NCBI GenBank assembly: GCA_024679065.1
Contig: JAGIQG010000011.1
Location: forward strand, 74,400,001-74,464,000
Length of the DNA stretch: 64,000 nt
DNA from: Sphyrna mokarran
Taxonomy: Eukaryota
Direction of reading: 5' to 3'
Below are positions 1 through 11,400 of this stretch, piece after piece. Numbering within the stretch: the stretch's first letter is position 1; every line of letters starts with the position of its first letter. A program made the translations under genes and the position numbers. The notes beneath the pieces are model-generated. The model ran no database searches. It was given only the letters and a program-made list of their open reading frames with translations, and was not told where the DNA came from.

Positions 1-44
1 ATGATGTGCATCACAATTTCCTTTCTGGGGGAAGGGGAACAGCA

Positions 45-509
45 GGCTGTACTGAATTTTTGTACATATGATTCTTTAAAAAATTTGGGTCAACAATCCA
101 GTTTATGGGAGCAATCCTTCCAAAAAAATCTAAATGGTGAATTTGCATGAAAATTGGAGTAAGTCATGCTGTTTTTTCAGTAGGAGTTTAAAAATGAATC
201 TTTCTGACTCTGTGCACTGCAGAGTGCGCTAGCATGAATCCCTCTTAAAAATCAGTCAGCGAGGTCTATTCTTGTGGAAAGGCTGTTGGCATAATGCTGA
301 GTGAGGTAACTGCACGTGCGCTGATCTATCAGCACCGAAATTGGTACAAACATAGTAGCCCCTGTCTGCTGGCTTCCTGATAGAGCTAGCATCACAGCAA
401 CTTCGCCACCTCCAGGGCTTAATTACTGGTCTTCTGGGCCAGCCTCGATTCCCTCCAGCATTCCAAAACTCCCTTGCAAGATGGGCCACCACACCCTTCA
501 CTGGTTTCT

Positions 510-542
<33 letters not shown>

Positions 543-890
543 AAAACACACTTTCCTATGCCTAGTGGGCAGTGCCATGGTGCCCCCTATGGCATTGGCA
601 TTTTGCCCTTTGGGCAGTTGTCACTGTCAAGGTGCCTATGCCGAAGGGGCAATCTCCCTTTCCCATGCCTGACTTTCTAAGGGGCCTCAATTTTCCATCC
701 CAGTCCCCCTTCACTCCAGCAGGGTCCAGCCACCAGCTCTCCACAGGTATAAACACCATTGCAGTGAAATACTCCTGGCCCCGATGGGGATAGGGGATAC
801 TTGTGGACCCAGAGATATCAGTCCCAGAGACCGCTAATTATATGTAAATTTGATCCTGCATATATGAAGTAGCTCTACATTGGAAATTTG
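45..890. mobile_element. GC-rich degenerate interspersed repeat, possibly a non-autonomous DNA transposon (Harbinger-like)
   Basis: Local GC/CpG enrichment against an AT-rich background, no credible ORF, truncated by the CR1 at ~940. Family assignment is a guess from resemblance. Confidence 0.3.
511..540. repeat. C30 homopolymer (G30 on - strand)
   Basis: 30 consecutive C read directly. It produces the poly-Pro and poly-Gly ORFs in the track. Confidence 0.95.
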
Positions 891-939
891 GTAGTGGGAG
901 ATGTGTTTAGGTCCTACTTGAATCTTCTGGCCCACTGCA

Positions 940-3360
940 CTAGGGATATTGAGGGCTTGGTTAGGAAGAAAAGAGAGGCATATGATAGGTCAAAGCAGGT
1001 GGGAACGGAGACAACGTTGGAGGAATATAGAGAGAGTAGGAGGGAGCTCAAACAGGGAGTTAGAAGGGCAAAAAGGGGGCATGAAATGATTTTGGCGGAT
1101 AGGATTAAGGAAAATCCAAAGGCTTTTTACTCCTATGTTAGGAATAAAAGGGTGGTTAGAGGGAAAAAAAACGGACCTCTTAGGGACACTGTGCTTAGAG
1201 CCCAAGGGAATGGTGGAGATCCTGAATGAATACTTTGCGTCGATATTCACGAAAGAGAGGGGCTTGTTGACAGTTCCTGTCTCTGAGGGAGCTGTGGACC
1301 AGTTGAGGGAAATATCCATACCGAGGGAGGAAGTGTTAGAGCTTCTAGGTAGCATTAAAACTGATAAATCTCCAGGGCATAATGGCATTTATCCCAGGCT
1401 GCTTAGGGAGGTGCGAGGTGAAATTGCTGGGCCTCTGACGCAAATCTTTGTCTCTTCCTTGGACACAGGTGAGGTCCCAGAGGACTGGAGAATAGCTAAT
1501 GTTGTACCATTGTTTAAAAAGGGTAGGAGGGATAACCCTGCAAACTATAGGCCGGTGAGTTTGACGTCAGTGGTAGGGAAGCTGTTGGAGGGGATGCTTA
1601 GAGATAGGATGTATAGGCACTTAGAGCGGTGCGATCTGATTAGGGATACGCAGCATGGATTTGTTAAGGGGAGGTCGTGCCTTGCAAATCTGGTAGAATT
1701 TTTTGAGGTGACGAAAATGGTGGATGAAGGGCAAGCAGTTGATTCGTCTATATGGATTTCAGTAAGGCAGTTGACAAAGTCCCTCATGGGAAGTCAGTTG
1801 AGAAGGTCAAGGCTCATGAGATACAAGGACAGGTAGCTAGATGGATAAGTAACTGGCTTAGTAATAGGAGACAGTAATAGTGGAAGGGTGTTTTTCTAGT
1901 TGGAGGTCGGTCACTAGTGTTGTGCCACAAGGCTCGGTACTGGGACCTCTTCTATTTGTAATATATATAAATGACTTGGAAGAGGGAGTAAGTGGAGTGA
2001 TCAGCAAGTTTGCACATGATACAAAGATGGCTGGACTTGCAGATGGTGAGGAGCATTGTCAGGCGATGCAGCAGGACATAGGCTGGTAACTTGGGCAGAT
2101 AGATGGCAGATGGAATTCAATCCTAATAATGCATCACCTTGCATTTTCAGGAGAATGTAACGGGGAGGTATATGATAAAGGGTAGACCTATCAAGAGTAT
2201 AGAAACGCAGAGGGACCTGGGGGTGCAGGTGCACAAGGCTCTGAAGGTGGCAGAGCAAGTGGAGAAGGTTGTAAATAAAGCATATGGTATGCTCTCCTTT
2301 ATAGGAAGGGTTATAGAGTACAAGAGCTGGCCTTTAATGTTGCAGTTGTATAAAATGATTGTTAGACCTCATTTGGAATACTGTGTCCAGTTCTGGTCGC
2401 CTTATTACCGGAAGGATGTGGAGACTCTGGAGAGAGTGCAGAGGAGGTTTACCAGGATGCTGCCTGGTATGGAAGGTCTGAGTTACGAGGACAGGTTAGG
2501 CAAATTGGGACTGTTTTCCTTAGAAAGACGTAGACTTAGAGGAGATCTAACAGAGGTGTACAAGATTGAGGGGTATAGATAGAGTGAACAGGGTTAGGCT
2601 TTTTCCTAAGATGGACTCAAATAGCACGAGGGGTCATGGGCTTAGGGTGAGGGAGGGTAAGGTATAATTTGGATGCTAGAGGGAGTTTTTTCACACAGAG
2701 GGTGAAGGGGGTATGGAATGTGCTGCCAAGTAACGTGGTGGAGGCAGGTACTCTGGAGTTATTTAAGAAATACTTAGATGGGCACATGAACAGAATGGGA
2801 ATGGAGGGTTATTAGAAAACTGATTTAAAATAGGGATCATGAGCCATGGGAGTCCCTGGGAAGTGTGTAAATAGATGATGATATTGATGTACTTGTTTTT
2901 ATCCTACAGGTGCTTTGGTCCACCTTGTTGTCTAACAAGGGCCATACACACGATGGGTCGTGAGAGGGCTGCTCTTGGATATTTTTCGAGAGTATCCTAG
3001 TGCTTCACGTCGTTGGTGTACGCTTGACCTGGACCATTTGATGGGAATATGACAGCTCAGTGACAATCGCTGTGCTGTGCAGATACATGGATTTGGGACT
3101 GTCTGTGGGAGTTTGCGCATTCTCCCCGTGCTTGCGTGGGTTTTCTCCGGGTGCTCCGGTTTCCTCCCACATCCCAAAGATGTGCTCTTAGGCTAATTGG
3201 CAAAACAAATTCTCCCTAAATTGTCTCAAATTTGGTTTTTAATCCATAGTTCTGTAAACATAGACAGGGATCATGGGTAGAGATGGGAACATCGGGGTGG
3301 CGGCGCGGGCTAGTTGGGCCGAAGGGTCTGTTTCCTGTGCTGTTTTGTTCTTTATTTTTC
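940..3360 (+). mobile_element. 5'-truncated CR1-type LINE (ORF2 RT region with frameshifts plus long 3'UTR)
   Basis: ORF fragments KENPKAFYSY, KSPG..GIYPRLLRE, NYRPVSLTSVVGK, QHGF.KGRSCL, VPQGSVLGPLLF.IYINDL, KFAHDTK, RPHLEYCVQFWSP, LERVQRRFTRMLPG. Ends in a TGTTCTT-like tail near 3345-3360. Confidence 0.93.
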
Positions 3361-3504
3361 AGTTGTAGTGTTATCTACAGTGTTATCAAATGGCAGAACA
3401 GGTATAGGAGGTTGAATACCTTACTCCTGCTGCTAATATGTATGTTAATATACCCTTTTTGGAAGGATGAAATAGCTGAGCTAGATGACTTTTGTCATCC
3501 ACAA

Positions 3505-4075
3505 TTATTTGATTTATTATTGTCACACGGTATACAGTGAAAAATGTTGTTTCTTGTGCACTATACAGACAAAGCATACCATTATGTAGAGAAGGAAAAG
3601 AGAGTGCAGAATGTCATGTCACAATCATAGCTAAGGTATAGAGAAAGGTCAACTTAATGCAAGGTAGGTCCATTCAAAAGTCTGATGACAGTAGGGAAAA
3701 AGCTGTTCTTGAGTCGATTGTTATGTGTCCTCAGACCTTTGAATCCCTTTCCTGACAAAAGAGGGTGGAAAAGCGTATGTCGGCTGGGAGTCCTTGATTA
3801 TGTTGGCTTGCTTTTCCAAGGCAGCTGGAAGTATAGACACTGTCAAGCAATAGGAGGCTGAATGAGAATGCTTTCTATGGTGCATATGTAAAAGTTGGTG
3901 AGAGTCATAGTGGACATGCCAAATTTCCTCAATCTTCTGAGTATAGAGGCATTGGTGGCTCTTTTAACCATAGCGTTGGCATGGAGGGACCAGGACACGT
4001 TATTAGTGATCTGGACATCTAAAAACTTGAAGCTCTTGATCATCTCTACTTCTACTAATTTGCACACAGAAAGTG
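3505..4075 (-). mobile_element. Rex/Babar-type LINE 3' fragment
   Basis: Reverse complement of the 3' part of the element at 22240-23547. ORF 3843-4082 reads FKFLDVQITNNVSW...LRRLRKFGMS..TLTNFY.CTIESIL. Confidence 0.8.
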
Positions 4076-4811
4076 GAATCATAACTGAGTTGTTTATTTT
4101 GTGGCAAATGTATATTTATTGTGAGCAAGCTTTGTGGGTAAAATTGGTCAGGTAACGTGTAATGATCCTGTGCTGAAGAAGTGACCTGCTTTATATTACA
4201 CATGAATCCTTTCTGTTGCATTCAATGTTGTCCTTCTGTCTATATTTATCTATTATCCAACTCAACCTTGGTGTTCTTATCAATATTCTGAGTTATTGAA
4301 ATATATTGTGATATAGTTGTGCTGCATTGTAGAAGCTGAATATAGTAGTGAGAAGCAGCAATCATCAGACTTGATCAGCAATTCTGAGCAAAGACACAGA
4401 TATGACTGAAAGTTAGTCATTGTGCTCTGAACCCTTAAAAGTTATGTCACACAGAAGCCCGAAGGCACCATTGACAGTGAAGGCCTGTGATGTTCAATCA
4501 TTCCACTTCTGCTCAGGAGTCATTTGATCTTTGCACCCTGAGATTACTATCAAATAGAATCTAATTACACTCTTGTATGAAATGATGATATTGAATAAAA
4601 TTATATACCCAAGCCAGAGAAAGTCTTCCACAATGGAAAAAATGTTGTGCTATTTATGTAATTGCAGGTATTGAATTGTTCCCCCAAATATGGTGCAGTG
4701 TGCAGAACATGATGTAATAACATTACTAATAAGATATTTTCCTGTGAAGTTAACAGTACTGCATGATGCTGCTAAACTAAAATTAGCATTTTTTGCCTTA
4801 TTTAATAGTGA

Positions 4812-4955
4812 TGATGTGGAGTTGCTGGCATTGGACTGGGGTGGGCACAATAAGAAGTTAAAGCCCAACAGGTTTATTTGGAATCACAAGCTTTCAGAGC
4901 ACTGCCTCTTCCTTGATTCGCTGAGAAAGGCGCAGTGCTCCAAAAGCTCACCATG
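4812..4955. mobile_element. Palindromic Penelope-type element remnant (family A) with decayed hammerhead motifs
   Basis: Shares ggactggggtgggcac...aacaggtttatttgg...aagctttcagagcactgc with 34810-35020 and 39140-39795. Internal inverted repeat agctttcagagcactgc / gcagtgctccaaaagct. Confidence 0.65.
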
Positions 4956-5614
4956 GTAAAAGATATTAAGGGTCATACACTAATAATGCTCATTTAAGTG
5001 AAAAATACTATCTCTAACTATAATTTGGCACTTCCGTGGGAGAATATCTAATGTGAGAAAGGTGAGAGATAAATCCAAGTTAAATAATTGACATTGGTCG
5101 AACTCTTGGCCATAGCATTAGAGGGTTTTGAAGGGCTAGGGGTAGATGGCAGTGGCTACAATTGCACTCATTGGCTTTATTTCAGATATGGAGATCATGG
5201 ATATTAACTTGATTTCAGCGGTGTTCTTTTCCATTGCTCTTTAACTACCTGTGTACCTACCAAGGATGTAACAATGTCACCTCTTTGTGATATTGACTAC
5301 TTCTGTATTTTGAGCCTTTTGAAGTTGAACCAAATTAACAATGATGAGGTTAGACTTGGTTTGAATCATTAATCCACAGAAAGGTGAACAAGGGAGCATT
5401 AAGTTATTACTGCAGGTTGTTACAGGAATGATCACTTGTAGAATAAATTGCCAGAGTGGAAACACTAGAGAATTAAAAAAAACAGTTGAATGCTACATAC
5501 AATAATGGCTGTTTGCAATGACGAGTCAAATGGCTCCCTTAATCTGCAATTATCCTTTACACTGTTTCCACATGACAGCTCTCACTTGCCTCTATTGTCG
5601 CATCATGATTATGC

Positions 5615-5760
5615 TACTAAACTAGTAACCTGATGGCCTGGGTTAATGATTTAAAGAAATGAATTCCAATCCCACCATAACTCAGGATTTTAAATTCAAT
5701 TTGATTATATAAATCTAGAATGAAATCTAGTGTCTGCAATGAGAACTATGCAGTGCTAAA
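5615..5760 (+). mobile_element. 5' fragment of tRNA-derived SINE related to 50315-50655
   Basis: ctaaactagtaacc...aattccaatcccacca...aaattcaat...aaatctagaat aligns by eye with the 5' half of the 50.3 kb SINE. Confidence 0.5.
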
Positions 5761-6844
5761 TAATTCATTCCCACAAGCCTTTACACAATCTGAGACACAT
5801 TTATGTGCTTTGGAATATTCTCCAATTGTCTGGATGAGTATAGCTATTAACAATACGTGAGAGCTTAACACTGTCTAGAGTTTGATTGGCACCCCATCCA
5901 CCACATTTTGTACTTTTGCAGCACCATTAACCAAGCCACATATGGAGAAATTGAAGACAGTTTGGTGAAAAGTGGATTTTAAGGCGGGATGTGGGAAAGG
6001 CGGTGGACTTGGGATGCTGGAACCTAGAGTCTTGGAAGCTGACTGCACTGCTTCTATTTATAAACCCAAAGGATCCTGTTTGGCTTTTTAACAACTTTCC
6101 CAATTTGTCTTGCTATCTTCACAGAATTATGCATGTGCATCCCAGGTGTCTTCTTGCACTCCTTTAATATTCTACCATTTCTCATATTGCCTCTCCTCAT
6201 ACTTCCTACCAAAGAAAATAGCTTTACGTTTCTCTACATTAAATTTTGTATGCTATATGACTAGTCATTTCACTAGTCTGTTATTAAATTTTTGGCTGTT
6301 TGCTATATTTGAGTTTTATGTCATCTGCAAACTTTGAAATAATGCATTATACAGATAGTTAAGTATATATAGATAATATACCCATTAATATATTAAAGGA
6401 CAGCAATATTAACACTGATCCCTGAGGTAACCACTAGTTTGAAATTTAACCAACTGCTCATTGCTACTTTCCACTTTTTGTTCTTTGACCTAATTTCATA
6501 TTCACACAGCCACTGCTCATTTCATTCTTCATTTCAGTTTTGCTACCAAGTCTATTACACTGTACTTCATCAAATACTTGAAAATCCATATACTGAACAT
6601 CAACAACTCAGTCTGTTATTTCATCAAAGGACTCAATCAAGCTAATCAAACACAATTTTCATTTAATGAACCTGTCGTGGTTTTCATAATGCTATATTTA
6701 TCCATGTGCTGTTTAATTTTGTCCCAGATTATTGTGCTTCAAGTTTTTTTAACTTCAAAGTAGTGTGAATTAAATAATTTTAAAATAGAACGAGATTGTT
6801 TTGTTGAACTTGCCTATTCAAAATCAAAAAAAATTGAATATTAC

Positions 6845-6925
6845 TGAAAAAAGGCATGCTGTTGAAGCTTTTTGTCCTGAACTTATCAAGACAGATGCAA
6901 TAATGCCACATTTAAAAAGGAGTAG
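6845..6925 (-). mobile_element. Short repeat (family C) with decayed minimal hammerhead motif
   Basis: Homologous to 55195-55340. Minus strand reads TGTC-TTGATAA-GTTCAGGACA-AAAA-GCT-TC-AACA. Confidence 0.5.
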
Positions 6926-7664
6926 CATTTTATACTTTATTTTATAGTACGATACCTTCTGGGCCACAGTTTATAGTTCAGTTTCCCATCAAGCCAATTA
7001 TTCAAGGGTGGGAAGGGAAGAATTGAATGGGGAAAGAGAGTGAAATAGAGGCAGCATAGGGAAAGATGAGTGAAAATTTACCACCCTGAAATCAAGAATG
7101 AATAGCACTCGACGCAACTTTTTTTTCCCACTGGGAATCTTATTTCTGCATACCAAATACTGGTTCATCTAATATTTTTCTTGAAAATATTCAAATCTGA
7201 TGTCATCAACTTTGGGCTCCTAACTTGCAAGTTTATCACAATCTTTGATACCATTGCTAAACAGGTGCATTTTTTAATATTGCAATTCTGAATAAATAAT
7301 ATTTGACTCACTTAAAAGAGTAGTTATGACCAGGAAGGCTGTTCAGCCCTACTTATTTGATTGCTCCAAAGAGATAGTAACCTCTTGTACTGTGACATTC
7401 AGAATAAATTATATTGCCAATATCTAGTTTATAATTCATATATTTTAGAAAGTAACTTTTCATTTCAGGAATTCCAAGTTTTAACTGTAGAAAATAGGGA
7501 CATACTATTGAGAAACTGATAAACAACCCCAAAGTAAATGAAATACAAGAAATGCTTGGAGTTTAACTTAACAGATTAGATACATATTGACTTAAAAAGT
7601 CTGCAAACGAGGATTGTAAAATTGAATTAGGGATCAAAATTATTCATATGGGTTACAGATTCAA

Positions 7665-8045
7665 TGCTTTTGATTTGAGTTGTTATTGTCACGTGTTAAA
7701 CAGAGTGAAAAGTATTGTTTCTTGTGGAGTATATAGACAAAACATACAGTTCATAGAAAAGGAAATGAGAGATTGCAGAATGTAGTGTTACAGTCATAGC
7801 TAGGGTATAGAGAAAGATCAATTTAAGTAAGTCTATTCAAAAATCTGATAATAGCAGGGAAGAAGTTGTTCTCAAGTTGGTAAGTGATCTCAGACTTTTG
7901 TATCTTTTTCCCGATGGAAGAAGGTGGAAGAGAGAATGTCTGGGGTGCATGGGATCCTTAATTATGCTGGTTGCTTTGCCGAGGCAGCGGGAAGTGTAGA
8001 CAGAGTCAATGGATGGGAGGCTGATTTGAACGATGGATTGGGCTA
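7665..8045 (-). mobile_element. Rex/Babar-type LINE 3' end
   Basis: Closely matches the reverse complement of 23160-23547 and matches 3505-3840. Confidence 0.8.
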
Positions 8046-8888
8046 CAATGAGTTATACTGCAGGTAAAATAATTTGTTTGTATTTCTGATTGAATCATCC
8101 CAAAATATTGTCACATTGGAGCTTTGGATAGATGGTTCCTTTGCTCATGTATTTGTTGACACAACCGGGTAGTTTGGGAACAGGGTCAAGGGAATTGTAG
8201 TTTTGTTTTGTTGAGACTGCACTACCTTGTATTGAGAGTGTCAGCAGGAGGTGATGGTCAGTTAGACCTGCATTTAAAGAAGATAAAATGCTAACTTGAT
8301 TGTTCACTGCAGAGTATGTGGACCTTTATTTTCACTCAGATTTCCTGAGGGAAAAGCAGCTGGAAGATTTGCTCTTTTTTCAATTAGAAGAAGTCTATAG
8401 TGGACCTTAGAGCCTTGTGGCAGAAAGTAGTCAGCAGAGATATCTTAGGAAGCAATGTAAAGCAGTTCGATATTTACTGGCAACCCAAAACGAGGAACTA
8501 AGGCATCCATGGTCATGAGGTCAGTAAAGAAAGGGTCTTGCAGCGTAAAGCTAACATTAGGACTCCTATGGAATCTATTTCCAAAAAATAGTTGAATACT
8601 AAAGAGTAGTAAAGTCTAGGGGATTGTGATATATATTTTGGATTGATACCAGGGAAGATGAATTTCCATCGCATGCTTTACGGTTTCATAGATAAGGGAA
8701 CTTGCAGAGCAGAGGGTGAGGAATGTTAATCTCTAAATCATGGTGACAAGGTGAGGGGGAGGAAAGAGAGAGAGAGAAAGCATGTTAATTCTTAAACAAA
8801 TGTAAATTTCAAAGACAATTTCTTCCACATCTTTGACAGCGTTTAGAAGTTAACAATTGATGAGCTTTTGTATCTGTTTGACACTCAG

Positions 8889-9019
8889 GTCCAGTAGATG
8901 AATACATGTTACCATTTGAAGAGGAAGTTGGACAACATCCATCCCTTGAAGATATGCAAGAGGTGGTTGTGCATAAGAAGATGAGACCTATTTTTAGAGA
9001 ACATTGGCAAAAGCACCCT
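8889..9019 (+). CDS. ACVR2A: Activin receptor type-2A, penultimate coding exon (131 nt): (G)[43 protein letters not shown]
   Basis: Acceptor ...acactcag|GT and donor CCCT|gtaagt. The peptide matches the activin type II receptor kinase C-lobe, and the phase joins in frame to the next exon. Confidence 0.96.
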
Positions 9020-10475
9020 GTAAGTATGTTTGTTTGTAAATCATTTGAACAGGTCAGTTTTGTTATTTGGTATGCTGATCCCACCCCCTTGCACTTTCCT
9101 TTTTTTAAAAAAAATTGACTGTTTTTGGACCTAGGACCTAAAGTTTAATCAATCCCTGACCTCATCCTGCAAGGTTCTCTTAACAAACAATTACGTTTTT
9201 CATCTATTTGAGGTTTTATTCTTGACAAACCTTTTTTGTGATCTTAAAGGTACAATTTATGGTCTTGTATACCCTTGTGGTTGTAAGGGTATACAAGTTC
9301 ACGTCACTAATAGAAGAATTTATTGTATTACATGGAACAATGTGCCTGTACTTTGTTATCTGTAAATATAGATAGGTGGTCTTGGAATTAAGTACACTTC
9401 TGATGTCAATTTTTGCCTCATATCTTTATGTCAGCACTTTATAACAGTAGCATTATGTATCAACATTTATAAAATCATACTGTGGTTGTGGTCCTCTGGT
9501 CAGTAGATGTCAGTGAGCCATGCAGGTGGGCCTACCATTTCTTCTTCAATCGGAGTTTATGACACAAAAGATGAGCAATATTTTGTATCCTTAAAATTTT
9601 CAAATATTAAGTGGTTTAAAAATGCTTCCATACCTTAGTACATGATCAACTACTTCATTTTAAAAAGCATGTCTGCATCTGCTCCTCTTGCTACCAGTTC
9701 AGATCCCTGCTCCTGGCTAAAAATATGGTGTTCATTTCAAGTCCAATGTGACATTTTAAATATTCCAGCCAGGATTAATCCCTATTTCTGGCTGAAATTA
9801 TTTATAAAGTAAAACTGGACCATTTGCACGCAGTTCTTTCTTAACTGTGGTTTCAACTAAACCCAACTCGCATTCTAGTCACGATAATAATTTGACCCTG
9901 TTCATTCCATCCATTTTGAGGACCACTGCATCTCAGTCTGTTTATAGTTCTATACAGTTTTCTTCCATTGTGTTGCAAATTTTAGGAAGCGTACTCTTTA
10001 ATCCTCACCACCAGTTCTCCTGAATTTAAATGTACAAAGCTGTGTTTGAAGCTGAAGGAGCTGAATGTGCAGAAGTAGTGAAGGTGTGAATTTTAGTGAC
10101 CGACTGAGCATTGCTATTGAATATAAACTAACACTATTTTACTTCCTAAAAAGCTATTTAACACAATCTGTGGACTTCTACTTTTCCATATAATCCATTC
10201 CACCTTGGATTGATTTTAATCTTTTCTGTACCTTTCACATGTTTCTATCTGTGCCATGTAGTACTGTAGCCTTACCCAGATAAACTGATTGATGTGTTAT
10301 GAAGTAACAGCATGAGTCTTACAGTTTGATGTATTTGAGCAACCTGTTGGCACATTTAATTGCATTAGTTTTGATTTTCTATTCAGGCTGACAAATACTT
10401 TATGTATGTTTCCAACATCACTTATTTTTAATTGATGTGCATCTTTTCTTAACAGCTTCTTTTGTTCTCTTATAG

Positions 10476-10670
10476 GGAATGGCGGTGTTGTGTGAAACTA
10501 TAGAAGAATGTTGGGATCATGATGCGGAAGCAAGACTATCGGCTGGTTGTGTTGCAGAACGCATCACTCAAATGCAGAGACTAATGAGCACGATTACTAC
10601 AGACAACATTGTGACAGTAGTCACTATGGTTACAAATGTTGACTTTCCTCCCAAAGAATCTAGTCTATGA
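10476..10670 (+). CDS. ACVR2A: Activin receptor type-2A, last coding exon: [36 protein letters not shown]...[16 protein letters not shown]
   Basis: Polypyrimidine tract then tatag|GGA. C-terminus [16 protein letters not shown] is the ACVR2A type (ACVR2B ends ..PPKESSI). Tail-to-tail synteny with ORC4 agrees. Confidence 0.97.
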   Translation, partial: GMAVLCETIEECWDHDAEARLSAGCVAERITQMQRLMSTITTDNIVTVVTMVTNVDFPPKESSL

Positions 10671-11139
10671 TGGCTACGATGGTCATAAACCAGACTAAGG
10701 GACTCTACAACAGAGCTGCTATTTGCTGAATTTATTTGACTGGTTACAACTAAAAATTAAGTATCTTGTCCTTACACACTTAACAGAACTGGTAGCTAAT
10801 GGAAAGGCAAGTGAGCAATGGAAGCAACGGGTACCACAGTCAGTCAGTCAGAGGTGGTGTAGAAGACAATGTGGTTGTAGCATGGATCACTCAACACTTA
10901 AGTAAACTTCATCCAAGATACTGGAAGATACCAGTTTCTTCCATAAAATGAAGCTAAATGGATAACGGATGAGTCTTTAAGAATATGTCATAGAAGAGCG
11001 TGGCTCTCAAATTTGGCAACACGAGTGTGGCTAAAAGTTGGAGTGCACCAGATAACTGGCTTCTTGTGAGGATGTTTCAGTTCCTCAGATGAACTATTGT
11101 TAATTTTTAATAATAGTACCTTTCATTTCAGAAAGAAGG

Positions 11140-11400
11140 GCAATTCATTTTTATTGCATTCGCTATTTGCGTTCACAAAAGAACTATTGTAATGCCAATA
11201 TGACATAGCTTGTGAATGTTCAGTGTGCTGCTGTTATATGTATAAACAAATCAAGGTTTTTTGGGACATAGCAAAGAAGCTTCAAGCATTACATTATAAC
11301 CATAAACCTCCCTCAACAAGGTATACCTCAGTTTCCATATTTGATAAACTATATTAGTACTTTTAAGTTTGATAACACTAACAGATTTGAATTGACAGTT
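11140..11400 (+). promoter_or_regulatory. Conserved ACVR2A 3'UTR block with miRNA seed matches: miR-181 TGAATGT 11213-11219, miR-15/16 TGCTGCT 11226-11232, miR-155 AGCATTA 11285-11291, let-7 TACCTCA 11324-11330
   Basis: Seed matches read directly. ctattgtaatgccaatatgac..agcttgtgaatgtt..gtgtgctgctgtt and cctccctcaacaaggtatacctcagtt resemble the human ACVR2A 3'UTR as recalled. Confidence 0.75.

Noticed and set aside
256-793. Poly-Pro and poly-Gly ORFs
   Set aside because: Produced by the C30 homopolymer.
1-8888. Search for the preceding ACVR2A exon (VGTRRYMAPE)
   Set aside because: Not found by eye, so it probably lies upstream of the window.
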